Positions 47,301 to 56,054 of a stretch of 64,000 bases of DNA are shown here, piece by piece. The position numbers were made by a program, and so were the translations under genes. The notes under the pieces were generated by a model. It was not told where the DNA came from. It saw only the letters and a list, made by a program, of their open reading frames with translations, and did not search any database. The stretch is taken from the NCBI GenBank assembly GCA_031426395.1, contig JANPLG010000124.1, positions 1,851 through 65,850 on the forward strand. The letters run 5' to 3'. This stretch comes from Actinomycetes bacterium. Lineage in GTDB: Bacteria > Armatimonadota > SYMT01. Numbering within the stretch: the stretch's first letter is position 1; every line of letters starts with the position of its first letter.

Positions 47301-47346
47301 ACCGCCCGGATTGTCCTATCCGCCTGATCTGCCCTGTTCGCACCAC
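44323..47346 (-). CDS. PSCyt1/DUF1549/DUF1553 (planctomycete-cytochrome-c-type) protein with two in-frame repeat insertions
   Basis: N-terminal CQSCHGPK...LRLDT (PSCyt1), central DUF1549 blocks and a C-terminal DUF1553. (CGGAATG)4 at 44851-44894 and (CTCCCTCGC)n at 45061-45092 lie inside the reading frame. Confidence 0.75.
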   Translation of the reverse strand: MVRTGQIRRIGQSGRLVGWIAISLYGGVVATTASVAAPTNRVAAPQGPSIGPSAAGLEIFEKQVRPMLLQECQSCHGPKLQQGGLRLDTREATLKGGARGPGLVPGDPLSSWLVRAVHHEDVVMPPGKRLAKAKIEALEEWIRLGAPWPESKTRSGMVLGDQVRIVREARNHWAYQPLRKPAVPAVANSKLPARNPIDAFVLARLQKAGLAPSPPADRRTLLRRVTYDLTGLPPTAEEADAFLADRSHDAYEKVVDRLLASPSYGERWGRHWLDVARYADTKDGVLQYGDARIRPYAYTYRDYVIRALNADTPYDRFVQEQLAADQLDLKGEAWRLAAMGFLTLGRQYDNNVHDQIDDKIDTVSRGLLGLTVSCARCHDHKYDAIPIKDYYSLYGVFAASEAPLDLPLIAQPEQVPGYADYAKQYEPKKQELAAFESKQFTLLSETARERAGDYFFHAATTDPDPLETAIFFLSLDPGDLRPQIVARWRRLIQRRATPDDPLFSPYRALADLPEKGFIEASAAVLARLVMRPAGTATGQVNRVVLQALTAAKLDDRKAVARVYADLLKQTYQAGKAPSAPAMTPEQRQLLELVTSTESPAWFPRNHTYYYMSRGEKDAYGGMQQNLDVLAVQQAGAPPRAMVLNDSQELHPPRVFTRGNPSTPGETVPRRFLAVLTGTRQPSFNLGSGRLEMARSITDPRNPLTARVMVNRVWMHHFGEPLVATPSDFGSRSAPPTHPELLDYLAARFSAPLGEGARERGGEGATSDGLAWSLKKLHRLMVNSATYRQSSALIPPPGARASRPHQPGVEKHSSRHQPTRSPIPHSAFRIPQLKDPENRLLWRFRRRRLDFEEMRDTLVAASGRLDRAQFGRALRDAFDPGNRRRTVYALVDRQSLPEAFRAFNFAQPDNSVERRPRTIVPQQALFGLNSPFVVEQARALAAQVKGAETDEARVAGLYRALFQRPATSEETRAALAFVGATAGSKSPLNAWEQLAQVLFLTNEMMFVD

Positions 47347-47544
47347 GCCCGCCTCCCCAACCTAGCCGCCCGCTCCACGATAACCGGAGCCTGAAGGAGT
47401 GGGACACCGTGACGGCCTGGCTGTTGCGATCCTCTTCGTGAGGACGCCCTCCTTCCGTACGCCAAGAAGCCTCCTGGGGTGACGGAGCGCGGCTCGCGCC
47501 CGTAGACAGCCCGTTACAGGGTTGTAACGGGTGGCAGAAATCGG

Positions 47545-47665
47545 CTGACCGGCCAACAAAGGGAGCGCTCCGACGCGCAACGCGGGTCCGGGTGGAATCT
47601 GGGAGGGCAGTGAGTCCACGCGCCGGTAGGGTGTCGTGCCCAGATTGACGGTCTCCGGAGTTGTC
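47545..47665. repeat. ~120-bp conserved element, copy 2 (inverted relative to 31075-31200)
   Basis: Reverse complement matches the 31075-31200 copy at about 85% identity. Lies in a 480-bp non-coding gap. Confidence 0.6.
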
Positions 47666-47830
47666 CACTGACCGGTCATTCGCCCCACGAGCCATAGACA
47701 GCGGCCATGTGCCGCGTTCGATCACGGTGGAGGCTCAGTGGCCCCGCAAAGCCCCACGGATACAGTGACTTACGGTTACGGAAGCCGCCTGTATGGTTCT
47801 GGGGGCGAAGGACCGGTCGAGATTGCGTGG

Positions 47831-48319
47831 TCACGGATCCGCTCCGGCCGCAGCTTGGAGCGCCTCGCCGCTCAGCCGGCAGATGCGCCAGTCTTCCAAG
47901 ATTGTCGCGCCGAACTTCCGGTAGGCGTTCTGCGCCATCTCGTTCCAGTCTAGGACGGTCCACTCCATCCGGCCGCAGCCCCGGCTCACCGCCTCTCGCG
48001 CCAGGTGCCGCAGCACCGCGGTGCCGACCCCCTTCCGACGCGCCTCCGGAACGACGAAGAGATCTTCCAGATGGAGCGTGGGCCGCGCCAGGAAGCTGGA
48101 GTAGGTCTCGAAGACCAGCGCAACGGCCACGGGGCGCTGGTCCACTTCGGCGATCCAGGTCTCGAACTTGGGGCAGGGGCCGAAGGTGTGCTCCACCAGC
48201 CGCTCCTGGGCCTCCGCGTCCGGCGGCGAAAGCTTCTCATACTCCGCCAGCGCGCAGACCAGGGAGAGCATCACTCCCGCGTCCGCCCGCTCCGCCCGCC
48301 GCACGTTGATCTCTGACAT
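47831..48319 (-). CDS. GNAT family N-acetyltransferase
   Basis: RRKGVGTAVLRHL acetyl-CoA binding motif. Start MSEINVRR; the ORF track extends to 48346. Confidence 0.8.
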   Translation of the reverse strand: MSEINVRRAERADAGVMLSLVCALAEYEKLSPPDAEAQERLVEHTFGPCPKFETWIAEVDQRPVAVALVFETYSSFLARPTLHLEDLFVVPEARRKGVGTAVLRHLAREAVSRGCGRMEWTVLDWNEMAQNAYRKFGATILEDWRICRLSGEALQAAAGADP

Positions 48320-48343
48320 GTTGCCTCCTGGCCAAGGGGGCCC

Positions 48344-48405
48344 CAACTTCCTAATCCTAATCTTAATCCTACTCCGTGCAACCGAGCGGGGTTGCAGGCA
48401 CGGAT
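48344..48405. repeat. Truncated member of the AAGTTCCTAATC...(TAGGAT)n element family, with a short hairpin
   Basis: aacttcctaatcctaatcttaatcctactcc followed by gtgcaaccgagcggggttgcaggcac. Confidence 0.65.
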
Positions 48406-48562
48406 GGTCGAGTTCCCTTCGGTGCGACGTTACCTGTGATCTACTCGGGATTCCAGCGGCCGCTGCGGGTTAGCGGCCTAGCTGGTGACGCCTGTCCGGG
48501 GAATGACGCGGGGTTTTCTTGGACCGGAAGGCAGCTGCTGGCTTCGGTCGCGAGGTGGACCT

Positions 48563-49870
48563 TCACGGGTAGATGCCACGGATGCGAGTGGCCTCGGCAA
48601 CGCGGCTCACGCCGACCGCATAGGCTCCCATGCGGAGGTCGGTGCTGTAGCTCTCCGTGGCGTCCCAGACCTGGTGGAAGGCGTGCGCCATGATCTGCTC
48701 CAGGCGGCGGTTCACCTCGTCCTCGCTCCAGAAGAACGACTGCAGATCCTGCACCCACTCAAAGTAGCTCACGACCACGCCGCCGGCGTTGGCCAGCACG
48801 TCCGGCACCACCAGGACGCCCTTCTCCTGCAGGATGCGGTCCGCTTCCGGAGTGGTCGGGCCGTTGGCACCCTCTACGATGAGCCGGGCGCGGATCTGGT
48901 CCGCGTTGGCCGCCGTGATCTGCTGCTCCATGGCGGCGGGCACCAGGATATCGACCGGCAGGGCCAGCAACTCGTCGTTCGTGACGGCGCTGCAGAGGCC
49001 GGAGGCGGTCAGCCCGCCCTGATCCTGGCGGTGGGCCTCCAGCGCGTCGAGGTCGAGACCGGCTTCGTTGTAGACGCCGCCGTTGACATCCGACACGGCC
49101 ACCACACGCGCGCCCTCGCGAGCGAGGAGCTTCGCAGCCACGGAGCCGACGTTCCCGAAGCCCTGAACGGCGACCTTCGCTCCCGCAAGGGGGCGCCCGA
49201 GCTTCTTGCAGGTGAGGCCCGTGATGATCGTAACGCCCCGGCCGGTCGCTTCCACGCGGCCCAGCGTCCCGCCCACGGACGGCGGCTTCCCGGTGACCAC
49301 TCCCGTTACGGTGTGGCCGCGGTGCATGGAGTAGGTGTCCATCATCCAAGCCATCATCTGCGCGTTGGTGCCCATGTCCGGCGCGGGGATGTCCGAGTCC
49401 GGACCGATGATGGTGCTGATCTCCGTAGTGAATCGCCGCGTGACTCCCTCCAACTCCCGCTGCGAGAGGAGCCGGGGATCGAGAGCGACGCCGCCCTTCG
49501 CACCGCCGTAGGGAAGCCCCACGATGGCGTTCTTCCAGGTCATCCACATCGCCAGGGCGCGCACTTCGTGGAGCGAGACATCCGCCGCGTACCGGATACC
49601 GCCCTTGGTCGGACCGAGGCTGGAGTTGTGCTGAACGCGGTGACCGGTGAACATGCGCAGGGTGCCATCATCCATCTGCACGGGGAAGTTGACGGTCAGT
49701 TCCCGCTTCGGCAACCGCAGCACTTCGTAGAGGCCGGTTTCCAGCCGCAGCAAGCCAGCCACAGCCTCAAGCTGGGACTGCGCCATCTCCCACGGGGTCT
49801 GCGAGAGGCCCAACGGGCGATCAGAGTCAATCGTGGGTCGGTGTGCGGGAACGGAAGTCGCCATTGACAT
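48563..49870 (-). CDS. Glutamate dehydrogenase (Glu/Leu/Phe/Val dehydrogenase family)
   Basis: KGGIRYAADVSLHEVRALAMWMTWKNAIVGLPYGGAKGG active-site block and a C-terminal NAD(P) Rossmann GFGNVG. Confidence 0.9.
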   Translation of the reverse strand: MSMATSVPAHRPTIDSDRPLGLSQTPWEMAQSQLEAVAGLLRLETGLYEVLRLPKRELTVNFPVQMDDGTLRMFTGHRVQHNSSLGPTKGGIRYAADVSLHEVRALAMWMTWKNAIVGLPYGGAKGGVALDPRLLSQRELEGVTRRFTTEISTIIGPDSDIPAPDMGTNAQMMAWMMDTYSMHRGHTVTGVVTGKPPSVGGTLGRVEATGRGVTIITGLTCKKLGRPLAGAKVAVQGFGNVGSVAAKLLAREGARVVAVSDVNGGVYNEAGLDLDALEAHRQDQGGLTASGLCSAVTNDELLALPVDILVPAAMEQQITAANADQIRARLIVEGANGPTTPEADRILQEKGVLVVPDVLANAGGVVVSYFEWVQDLQSFFWSEDEVNRRLEQIMAHAFHQVWDATESYSTDLRMGAYAVGVSRVAEATRIRGIYP

Positions 49871-49998
49871 TCAATCTCTCCGGCGTCCCTCCGGGAAGGC
49901 GCCCGGAAGCTGTGACACTCAGCTATAGTATTCCGCACGGTGCGAGGGTGTGAACGCGTGAGGGTGCTGCACGGTGCTGTCTTAAGGAACGGGATCCG

Positions 49999-50694
49999 TT
50001 GGACACGGTTGCCAGTAATTACAGAGCAGTTTCCGACCGAGTGGCGCGCGCAGCCGAGAGGTCGGGACGGCCCGCCGACTCAGTCCGGCTGGTGGTGGTC
50101 ACCAAAGGGCAGCCAGCGGAGCGGGTCCGCGCGGTAATCGCGGCCGGCGCCCGCGAGATCGGCGAGAGCTACATTCAGGAAGTGGAGGGGAAATGGCCGG
50201 AACTCGACCCGGAGCTTCCCGTGGCGCGCCACCTGATCGGTCATCTCCAGCGCAATAAGGCCGCCAGAGCGGCGGCGCTCTTCGACATGGTCCAATCGAT
50301 CGACAGCGCGGCGCTGGCGCAGGCGCTAGGGCGGCGCGCCGTCTCGCTGGGCCGTGAGCTGGAGGTCCTGGTGGAGGTTAACATCTCCGGCGAAGCGACC
50401 AAGCACGGGGCACCACCGGATGCGTCCCTCGAGCTCGTAGAGGAAGTGGCTCAGGTTCCGGGGGTGCGCCTCGTAGGATTCATGGGAATCGGGCCGGCAG
50501 ATGCCGACGATATCACCACGGCGAGGTCATTCGCACGCCTGGCAGCTCTTTTCGGGGAATTGCCGACGCAGCACCGGCAGGTGCTCTCCATGGGGATGAC
50601 GGCCGACTACGAGCTTGCCATCGCGGAAGGCGCGACGATGGTGCGGGTAGGGAGCGCCATCTTCGGGCCGAGGCCGCCCCGGCAATCCGGCTAA
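49999..50694 (+). CDS. YggS/YlmE family pyridoxal-phosphate homeostasis protein
   Basis: VVTKGQP...LIGHLQRNKA...VNISGE..K.G...VRLVGFMGIG...LSMGMTADYELAI pattern. Confidence 0.85.
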   Translation: MDTVASNYRAVSDRVARAAERSGRPADSVRLVVVTKGQPAERVRAVIAAGAREIGESYIQEVEGKWPELDPELPVARHLIGHLQRNKAARAAALFDMVQSIDSAALAQALGRRAVSLGRELEVLVEVNISGEATKHGAPPDASLELVEEVAQVPGVRLVGFMGIGPADADDITTARSFARLAALFGELPTQHRQVLSMGMTADYELAIAEGATMVRVGSAIFGPRPPRQSG

Positions 50695-50779
50695 GCGGCC
50701 GTCAGTACCGCACGGACGCCCAATAGCCACACGGTCGCCAGATTGTGAGACAGCCTTGAGGACGTTGGAGGATGAACGC

Positions 50780-51289
50780 ATGAGCAGACGGCTCAAGACG
50801 GACGATTACGAAGAGCAGGACGGCTGGATCACGCGGATCAAGGACCGTCTCTTCCGCGAAAGCGATGAGGAAGAGGAAGAAGAAGATGTCTTCTCCCCGG
50901 CTCCTCCCGTGACGCCCCAGGCTCCGCGCCAGCAGGGCGGCGGCGGTGGTGGTCGCAGCAAGACCGGCCCCAACGGGACGCTGCTGCAGGTCCACGCCCA
51001 CCGGGGCAGCCAGATCACTAAGCGGGCTCCCCGCTCCCTCAGCGACGCCCAGCGTGCAGCCGAGGACCTCAAGGAGCGCCGGCCGGTGATAGTGAACCTG
51101 GAGCGCGCGGACGACGAACTGGCGCGGCGGGTGATTGACTTCATCTCCGGCGTCACCTACGCGCTGAACGGGTTCTATGAGCGCGTCGGCGACAAGGTCT
51201 TCCTCTTCACGCCCGCCAACATCATCATCGCGGATGAAGACGAGGTGGAACCGGGCGGCAAGGGCCTCTACTCAGAGGACGGCCCCTAG
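50780..51289 (+). CDS. sepF: Cell division protein SepF
   Basis: C-terminal DUF552 core (RPVIVNLERADDELARRVIDFISGVTYALNGFYERVGDKVFLFTPANI) and a disordered N-terminal linker. RBS ggagga; the ORF track gives 50756. Confidence 0.8.
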   Translation: MSRRLKTDDYEEQDGWITRIKDRLFRESDEEEEEEDVFSPAPPVTPQAPRQQGGGGGGRSKTGPNGTLLQVHAHRGSQITKRAPRSLSDAQRAAEDLKERRPVIVNLERADDELARRVIDFISGVTYALNGFYERVGDKVFLFTPANIIIADEDEVEPGGKGLYSEDGP

Positions 51290-51318
51290 CGGTCATTGAA
51301 GCTACTTCTGACAGTTGC

Positions 51319-51578
51319 GAATGGGCGAGAGGGAGAATGGGCGAGAGGGAGAATGGGCGAGTGGGAGACGGCTACGAGGTGTCCGCTCTCGATCTCCCTT
51401 TCCCTCTCAACCGTTTCCCCATTTCGCCGGAATGACGCAGTTTCGTCTACGCGAGGTGTTGGGTGGCCCGTCACGTTGCTCTTGATGTAGTGATTCGTGC
51501 GTAGAGGAATAGGAGACGGCTGCGGCGCTGGCAGCCAACGATCGCCCACTCTCCCGCTCACCCATTCTCCCATTCGCT
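51319..51578. repeat. Inverted-repeat (MITE-like) element: (GAATGGGCGAGAGGGA)n arm, ~170-bp lower-GC core, complementary arm
   Basis: Left arm gaatgggcgagagggagaatgggcgagagggagaatgggcgagtgggagacgg. Right arm tcgcccactctcccgctcacccattctcccattcgc. Sits between sepF and proC. Confidence 0.7.
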
Positions 51579-51594
51579 CGAACACAGCAGTCTC

Positions 51595-52401
51595 ATGCGT
51601 ATCGCCTTTCTGGGGGGCGGAGTGATGGCGGAAGCCATCCTCCGCTCTCTCATCCATTCCGGCCTGGCCACCCCGCAAGAGCTGGTGGTGAGCGAGCCAG
51701 CCCCTGCCCGACGGGACCAGCTTGCCGCGCTGGGTCTCTCCACCACGGACTCCAATACGGAGGCGGTGCGTGGGGTGGAAGTGGTGGTCCTCGCGGTGAA
51801 GCCCTACGTGGTGCCCGCAGTTCTCGTAGAGATAGCCCCGGTTCTCGGACCCACGCATCTGGTGGTCTCCATTGCCGCAGGGCTGACGGTCGCGCAGCTT
51901 GAAGCTCCCCTGGCCGCAGGCGCTCCCGTCATCCGCGTGATGCCGAACACGCCGATACAGGTGGGCGCGGGCGCGACGGCGCTCTGTCGCGGCACCCACG
52001 CAACCGCCGAGCATGCGGCACAGGTCCAGCAGCTTTTCGAAGCGGGCGGTCGGTGCGTGGAGGTGACGGAGGCGCAGTTGGACGCCGTGACCGGACTGAG
52101 CGGAAGCGGACCCGCGTTCATCTGCGTCATCATCGAGGCGCTGGCGGACGGCGGCGTGAAGATGGGACTTCCGCGTAACCTGGCGCTGACCCTTGCGGCG
52201 CAGACCGTGCTGGGGACGGGAAAGCTGGTGCTGGAGACGGGCGAGCATCCAGCCGTTCTCAAGGACCGTGTCACGACCCCCGGTGGAACGACCATCGCGG
52301 GGCTCGCGGCACTGGAAGAGGCGGGGGTGCGGAGCGGCATCATCAAGGCAGTGGAGACCGCCGCTCGCCGCGCCACCGAAATGGCCCAACCGAAGGAATG
52401 A
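51595..52401 (+). CDS. proC: Pyrroline-5-carboxylate reductase
   Basis: MRIAFLGGGVMAEAI Rossmann start, VVLAVKP, SGSGPAF and TTPGGTT motifs. Confidence 0.9.
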   Translation: MRIAFLGGGVMAEAILRSLIHSGLATPQELVVSEPAPARRDQLAALGLSTTDSNTEAVRGVEVVVLAVKPYVVPAVLVEIAPVLGPTHLVVSIAAGLTVAQLEAPLAAGAPVIRVMPNTPIQVGAGATALCRGTHATAEHAAQVQQLFEAGGRCVEVTEAQLDAVTGLSGSGPAFICVIIEALADGGVKMGLPRNLALTLAAQTVLGTGKLVLETGEHPAVLKDRVTTPGGTTIAGLAALEEAGVRSGIIKAVETAARRATEMAQPKE

Positions 52402-52954
52402 TCCGACTCAACTGCGGTTTGCGGCTTGGCTGGATGCGATGTCCCATCCGGGCAACCGCTTGATCCTTTGAAGCTATTTTTCTCGACGGCGACCCGTTGC
52501 TCGGTTGGGTCGGGCGGGGAGCACGCGTGGGCCGGGTTCAAATGGATGGTATGAAGGTCTCGGGGTCGATGTGCCTGAATGTGGTGCCGCTTGCCTGGAC
52601 TGCTTCGCGCACGTTTGGCCCGCCCCCTGGCCCCCAATCCTGGGGGAAATGCCATCCCGGCCAGTTAGCCCGCGCGGCGAGGGTGGCTGCCTTCCCACTT
52701 TCATGCGTGGGCGGGTGACCCTAATGGTCATGGAAGTTCCCGTGAAACAAGGCGGTTCCTTTGGAGGAGGGTGAGTCACCACAGGTCAACGCAAGTGGTG
52801 TACTCACTGGATTGCCGGGCTGGATCGTCACTGCGCCCCGTGCGGAGGCCGCCGGCAATGACGGCTGACGGCAGGGGAGCGGCGCTACGACCCCGACCGT
52901 TTCACGGATGTGGGTGCCGCATAGGCATGGCAGATTCCGGCTCTCGGACGCCGC

Positions 52955-53026
52955 ACCACTCACCCACTCACCCACTCACCCACTCACCCACTCACCCACT
53001 CACCCACTCACCCACACACCCACTCA
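52955..53026. repeat. (CACTCACC)9 octamer microsatellite
   Basis: Eight perfect units plus one variant (cacacacc), immediately 3' of the antiporter stop. Confidence 0.9.
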
Positions 53027-54442
53027 GGCGGGGTCTGCGGCGCGTGACGGGGAGACCCGCCGGCGTTCCGCGCGGGTGAGGGCATCCAGAATCGGCGTGG
53101 TCATAAAGGTGGTCACTAGCGCCATGAGCACCAGCATGGCGAAGAGGGTCGGCGAGATCACGCCGAGGTCGAGGCCGATGTTGAGCACGATCAGTTCCAT
53201 CAGTCCCCTCGTGTTCATCAGGATCCCGAGCGCGGAGGCGTTGCGCCAGTCCATGCCAGTCAGCCGCGCCGCGAGGGTGGAGCCGCCCCACTTGCCGAGG
53301 CAGGCGATGACGATGATGAGGGCGCAGATCCCCCACTGGTCGCCCTGGATCAGGCCGATCTGCGTCCGCAAGCCGCTGAACGCGAAGAACGCCGGCAGGA
53401 ACATCACGATCACGAGGTCGTGGAGCCGGTTGCGCAGGACGCGGGCGACCGTGGAGTCGTGCGGAATGATCGCGCCGATGAGGAACGCGCCGAAGAGCGT
53501 GTGGATGCCGATGAACTCCGTAGCGAGGCTGGAGAGCAGCAGCACAATGCAGACCAGCGCCATCATCGGCTGGTCGATGGTCGCTTGCCCCTCGTACCTG
53601 GCGGTCCACCGCTTGACCAGGGGCCGCACGATCAGGAGCATCCCGGCGATGTAGAGCACCGTGAAGAGGGCGGTCCAACCGGCGGTCGCCAGCTTGGCTT
53701 GTGTGACGCCGACCACCACGGCCAGCAGGCACCAGGCGGTCACATCTCCCACTGCCGCGCACGTCATCGACATGGTGCCGAGACGGGTGCGCTCCATCCC
53801 CCGGTCTTGAAGGATGCGGGCCAGCACCGGGAAGGCGGTGACGGACATCGAGATGCCGAGGAAGAGCGCGAAAGCTACGAATGGCACGTCCTGCGTGGAG
53901 AGCAGCGGGTAGAGCCAGAGTGCCATCCCGCTGCCCAGCAAAAACGGCACCACGATGCTGGCATGCGCGATGGTGAGGGTGGCGTGCGCCTCGCGCTGGA
54001 AGAGGTCCGTCTCAAGCTCCAGGCCGACCACGAACATGAAGAGCAGCACGCCGATCTGGGCCAGCGTCCCGATCAGCGGCATCGTCGCGGTTGGGAAGAG
54101 GTAGGTCGCGAGTTCCGGGGAGAGCTTCCCGAGCAGCGATGGACCCAGGAGTATGCCGGCGAGCACCTCGCCAATCACGGCGGGCTGATGGAAGTAGTGG
54201 AAGAGAGCGCCCACCGCCCGTGACGCCACGATAATGGTGACCAGCGAGATGAGAAGCGGCAGCAGGCTGCTGGAGTGCGAGACTTCTCCCTGCCCGAACT
54301 TCGCGACTCCCGCAGGCGGCGGCGCAATGAGGCCGGCACCGGCAGAGCGGATGAGGAAGAACCCAGCCACGCCCAGCACCATCATGGCCAGGTAGCCCAG
54401 GATGATTCGTTGCCGCCGGTTGCCGGGATCGGATGCCTGCAC
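53024..54442 (-). CDS. Monovalent cation:proton antiporter (CPA1/CPA2 Na+/H+ exchanger family)
   Basis: About 12 TM helices with Na_H_Exchanger-like blocks (IGEVLAGILLGPS...). Confidence 0.8.
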   Translation of the reverse strand: MQASDPGNRRQRIILGYLAMMVLGVAGFFLIRSAGAGLIAPPPAGVAKFGQGEVSHSSSLLPLLISLVTIIVASRAVGALFHYFHQPAVIGEVLAGILLGPSLLGKLSPELATYLFPTATMPLIGTLAQIGVLLFMFVVGLELETDLFQREAHATLTIAHASIVVPFLLGSGMALWLYPLLSTQDVPFVAFALFLGISMSVTAFPVLARILQDRGMERTRLGTMSMTCAAVGDVTAWCLLAVVVGVTQAKLATAGWTALFTVLYIAGMLLIVRPLVKRWTARYEGQATIDQPMMALVCIVLLLSSLATEFIGIHTLFGAFLIGAIIPHDSTVARVLRNRLHDLVIVMFLPAFFAFSGLRTQIGLIQGDQWGICALIIVIACLGKWGGSTLAARLTGMDWRNASALGILMNTRGLMELIVLNIGLDLGVISPTLFAMLVLMALVTTFMTTPILDALTRAERRRVSPSRAADPA

Positions 54443-54495
54443 GGGAAAGCCTCGGAGCCTCGTGGCGTGTCAATCTGCTTCTGAAAGTGGCGGAA

Positions 54496-54590
54496 TGCGA
54501 GAGAGTGGGGGGATTGGGGGAAAGGGAGACATCGTGCCCGAAACCGTCTCCCATTCACCCTTTCTCCCACTCTCCCATTCGGCCGGAAAG
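54496..54590. repeat. ~40-bp-stem hairpin of the GGGAGA/TCTCCC repeat family
   Basis: ggcggaatgcgagagagtggggggattgggggaaagggagac - 15-nt loop - gtctcccattcaccctttctcccactctcccattcggcc. Lies between the halogenase stop and the antiporter start; plausible terminator. Confidence 0.7.
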
Positions 54591-54610
54591 CGGCATTCTG
54601 TCTTGACGAG

Positions 54611-56026
54611 CTACGCGGGCGCGCCAGCGAGTTGCTTGTCGGAGACGGCCTTCGCGTCGCCGGATGACTCGGCGGCTTCGCGGGCGGCGACTTCCGCCTG
54701 GAACTCGACAATCATCTCATCGAGCGGCTCGAAGACTTCCTCGATGCCCTCCAGCCAGAGGTTGCCGATAAGCAAATCGGTGAGGTGCCCCTTGAAGTGC
54801 GGGTACTGCTTGACGAAGCGACCGAAGCTGAAGCCCTCGTAGTAGGCGATGACCAGCTTGCGCATGTAGTCCATGCCGCGGTTGAAGTCCGGCCCCCACT
54901 TGCCCAACTGCGCTTCGGAGGTATCGCCGTTGCGGATGCCTTCCACCACTGCGTCCGCCGCCATTTCGCCGCTCTTGAGCGCCAGGAGAACGCCAGAGGA
55001 GTAGAGCGGGTCGAGGAAGCCGTGGGCATCGCCGACCAGCACCCAGCCGTCGCCGGCGCACTGGGTGGCCCGGTAGCTGTAGTCCTTCGTGGCGAAGAAC
55101 TTGTCGCACCGCTCGCCCTGCATCACGCGGCGCTTGACCTCTGGGCAGAGATCCAGCTCCTCGTTGTAGATCGTCTCGTGGTCCTTGTTGTCCTTGAACA
55201 GCTCGTCGAAGGCGCGGACGATGCCGACGCTGACGATGTCGTCATGGAGGGGTATGTACCAGAACCAGCCCTTCTTGCCCTGGGTCTGCAGCACGATGGT
55301 CGCGCCCGCGTCCCGGCCCTCGTCCCGGTAGGCGCCCTTCCAGTAGGTCCAGACGGCACCCTTCTTGAGTTCCGTGTCCTTGTCCAAGATCTTGAACTTG
55401 CTACCGATCAGGTGGCTTTGGCCGCTGGCGTCCACTACCACCTTTGCCCGCACCTCTTCCATGCGGCCGTCTTCATACTGCACCTTGACGCCGACGGCCC
55501 GCTCGCCTTCGAAGAGGATCTCGCGGATGCGGGCACCCTGGTTGACCTGCACGCCATGCTCCTCGGCGTTCTGGAGCATCATCAGGTCGAACTCGCTGCG
55601 GAGAACCTGCCAGGTTTCAGAGCACTCATGTGGGCGGTGCTCCGTGAAGTAGAACGGCTCTGAGAGCACGCCGCGCTGGCTGACGAACTGGACAGAGCAT
55701 TTCTTGACGAAATGGCTGTTCTTCAACTTGTCTAGCATCCCCAGCCGCTTCAGCGTCCAATAGGTCTGCGGGATGAGCGACTCGCCGATATGGAAGCGCG
55801 GGAAGTGGTCGCGCTCAAACAGCCGGACCTTCACCCCTTGCTGGGCGATCAAGGTGGAGACGGTGGCGCCGGCAGGCCCCCCGCCGATTACGACGACATC
55901 GGTCTCGCTAAAGGTCTCGGTGACGGTCTCGGTCTCTTGGGTGCTAGGGCTGGCGCTCATCTGAGAGTTCCTCTCTTGCAGAGTGGGATGTGGGTGGTGC
56001 GAGAATTGACAATTTTCAATTGACAA
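54611..56026 (-). CDS. Flavin-dependent halogenase-family (tryptophan-halogenase-like) FAD oxidoreductase
   Basis: VVIGGGPAGAT...ERDHFPRFHIGESL dinucleotide motif, WxWxIP motif (KGWFWYIPL) and a downstream GFLDPLYSSG block. Confidence 0.7.
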   Translation of the reverse strand: MSIENCQFSHHPHPTLQERNSQMSASPSTQETETVTETFSETDVVVIGGGPAGATVSTLIAQQGVKVRLFERDHFPRFHIGESLIPQTYWTLKRLGMLDKLKNSHFVKKCSVQFVSQRGVLSEPFYFTEHRPHECSETWQVLRSEFDLMMLQNAEEHGVQVNQGARIREILFEGERAVGVKVQYEDGRMEEVRAKVVVDASGQSHLIGSKFKILDKDTELKKGAVWTYWKGAYRDEGRDAGATIVLQTQGKKGWFWYIPLHDDIVSVGIVRAFDELFKDNKDHETIYNEELDLCPEVKRRVMQGERCDKFFATKDYSYRATQCAGDGWVLVGDAHGFLDPLYSSGVLLALKSGEMAADAVVEGIRNGDTSEAQLGKWGPDFNRGMDYMRKLVIAYYEGFSFGRFVKQYPHFKGHLTDLLIGNLWLEGIEEVFEPLDEMIVEFQAEVAAREAAESSGDAKAVSDKQLAGAPA

Positions 56027-56046
56027 TTGTCAATTGCAAATCGGGG
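56008..56046. promoter_or_regulatory. CAATTGACAATTGTCAATTG palindrome / TTGACA repeats at the halogenase start, candidate MarR operator
   Basis: ttgacaattttcaattgacaattgtcaattgcaaatcgg spans the 28-bp gap between the marR stop and the halogenase start codon, on the minus strand. Confidence 0.4.
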
Positions 56047-56054
56047 CGCGCCGG

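Noticed and set aside
48485-49867. 460-aa + strand ORF
   Set aside because: Antisense to glutamate dehydrogenase.
51286-52389. 367-aa minus-strand ORF
   Set aside because: Antisense to proC and runs through the inverted-repeat element; no domain.
52908-53654. + strand ORF starting in the (CACTCACC)n repeat (THSPTHPLTHSPTHPL...)
   Set aside because: The reading frame is created by the microsatellite and runs antisense to the antiporter gene.
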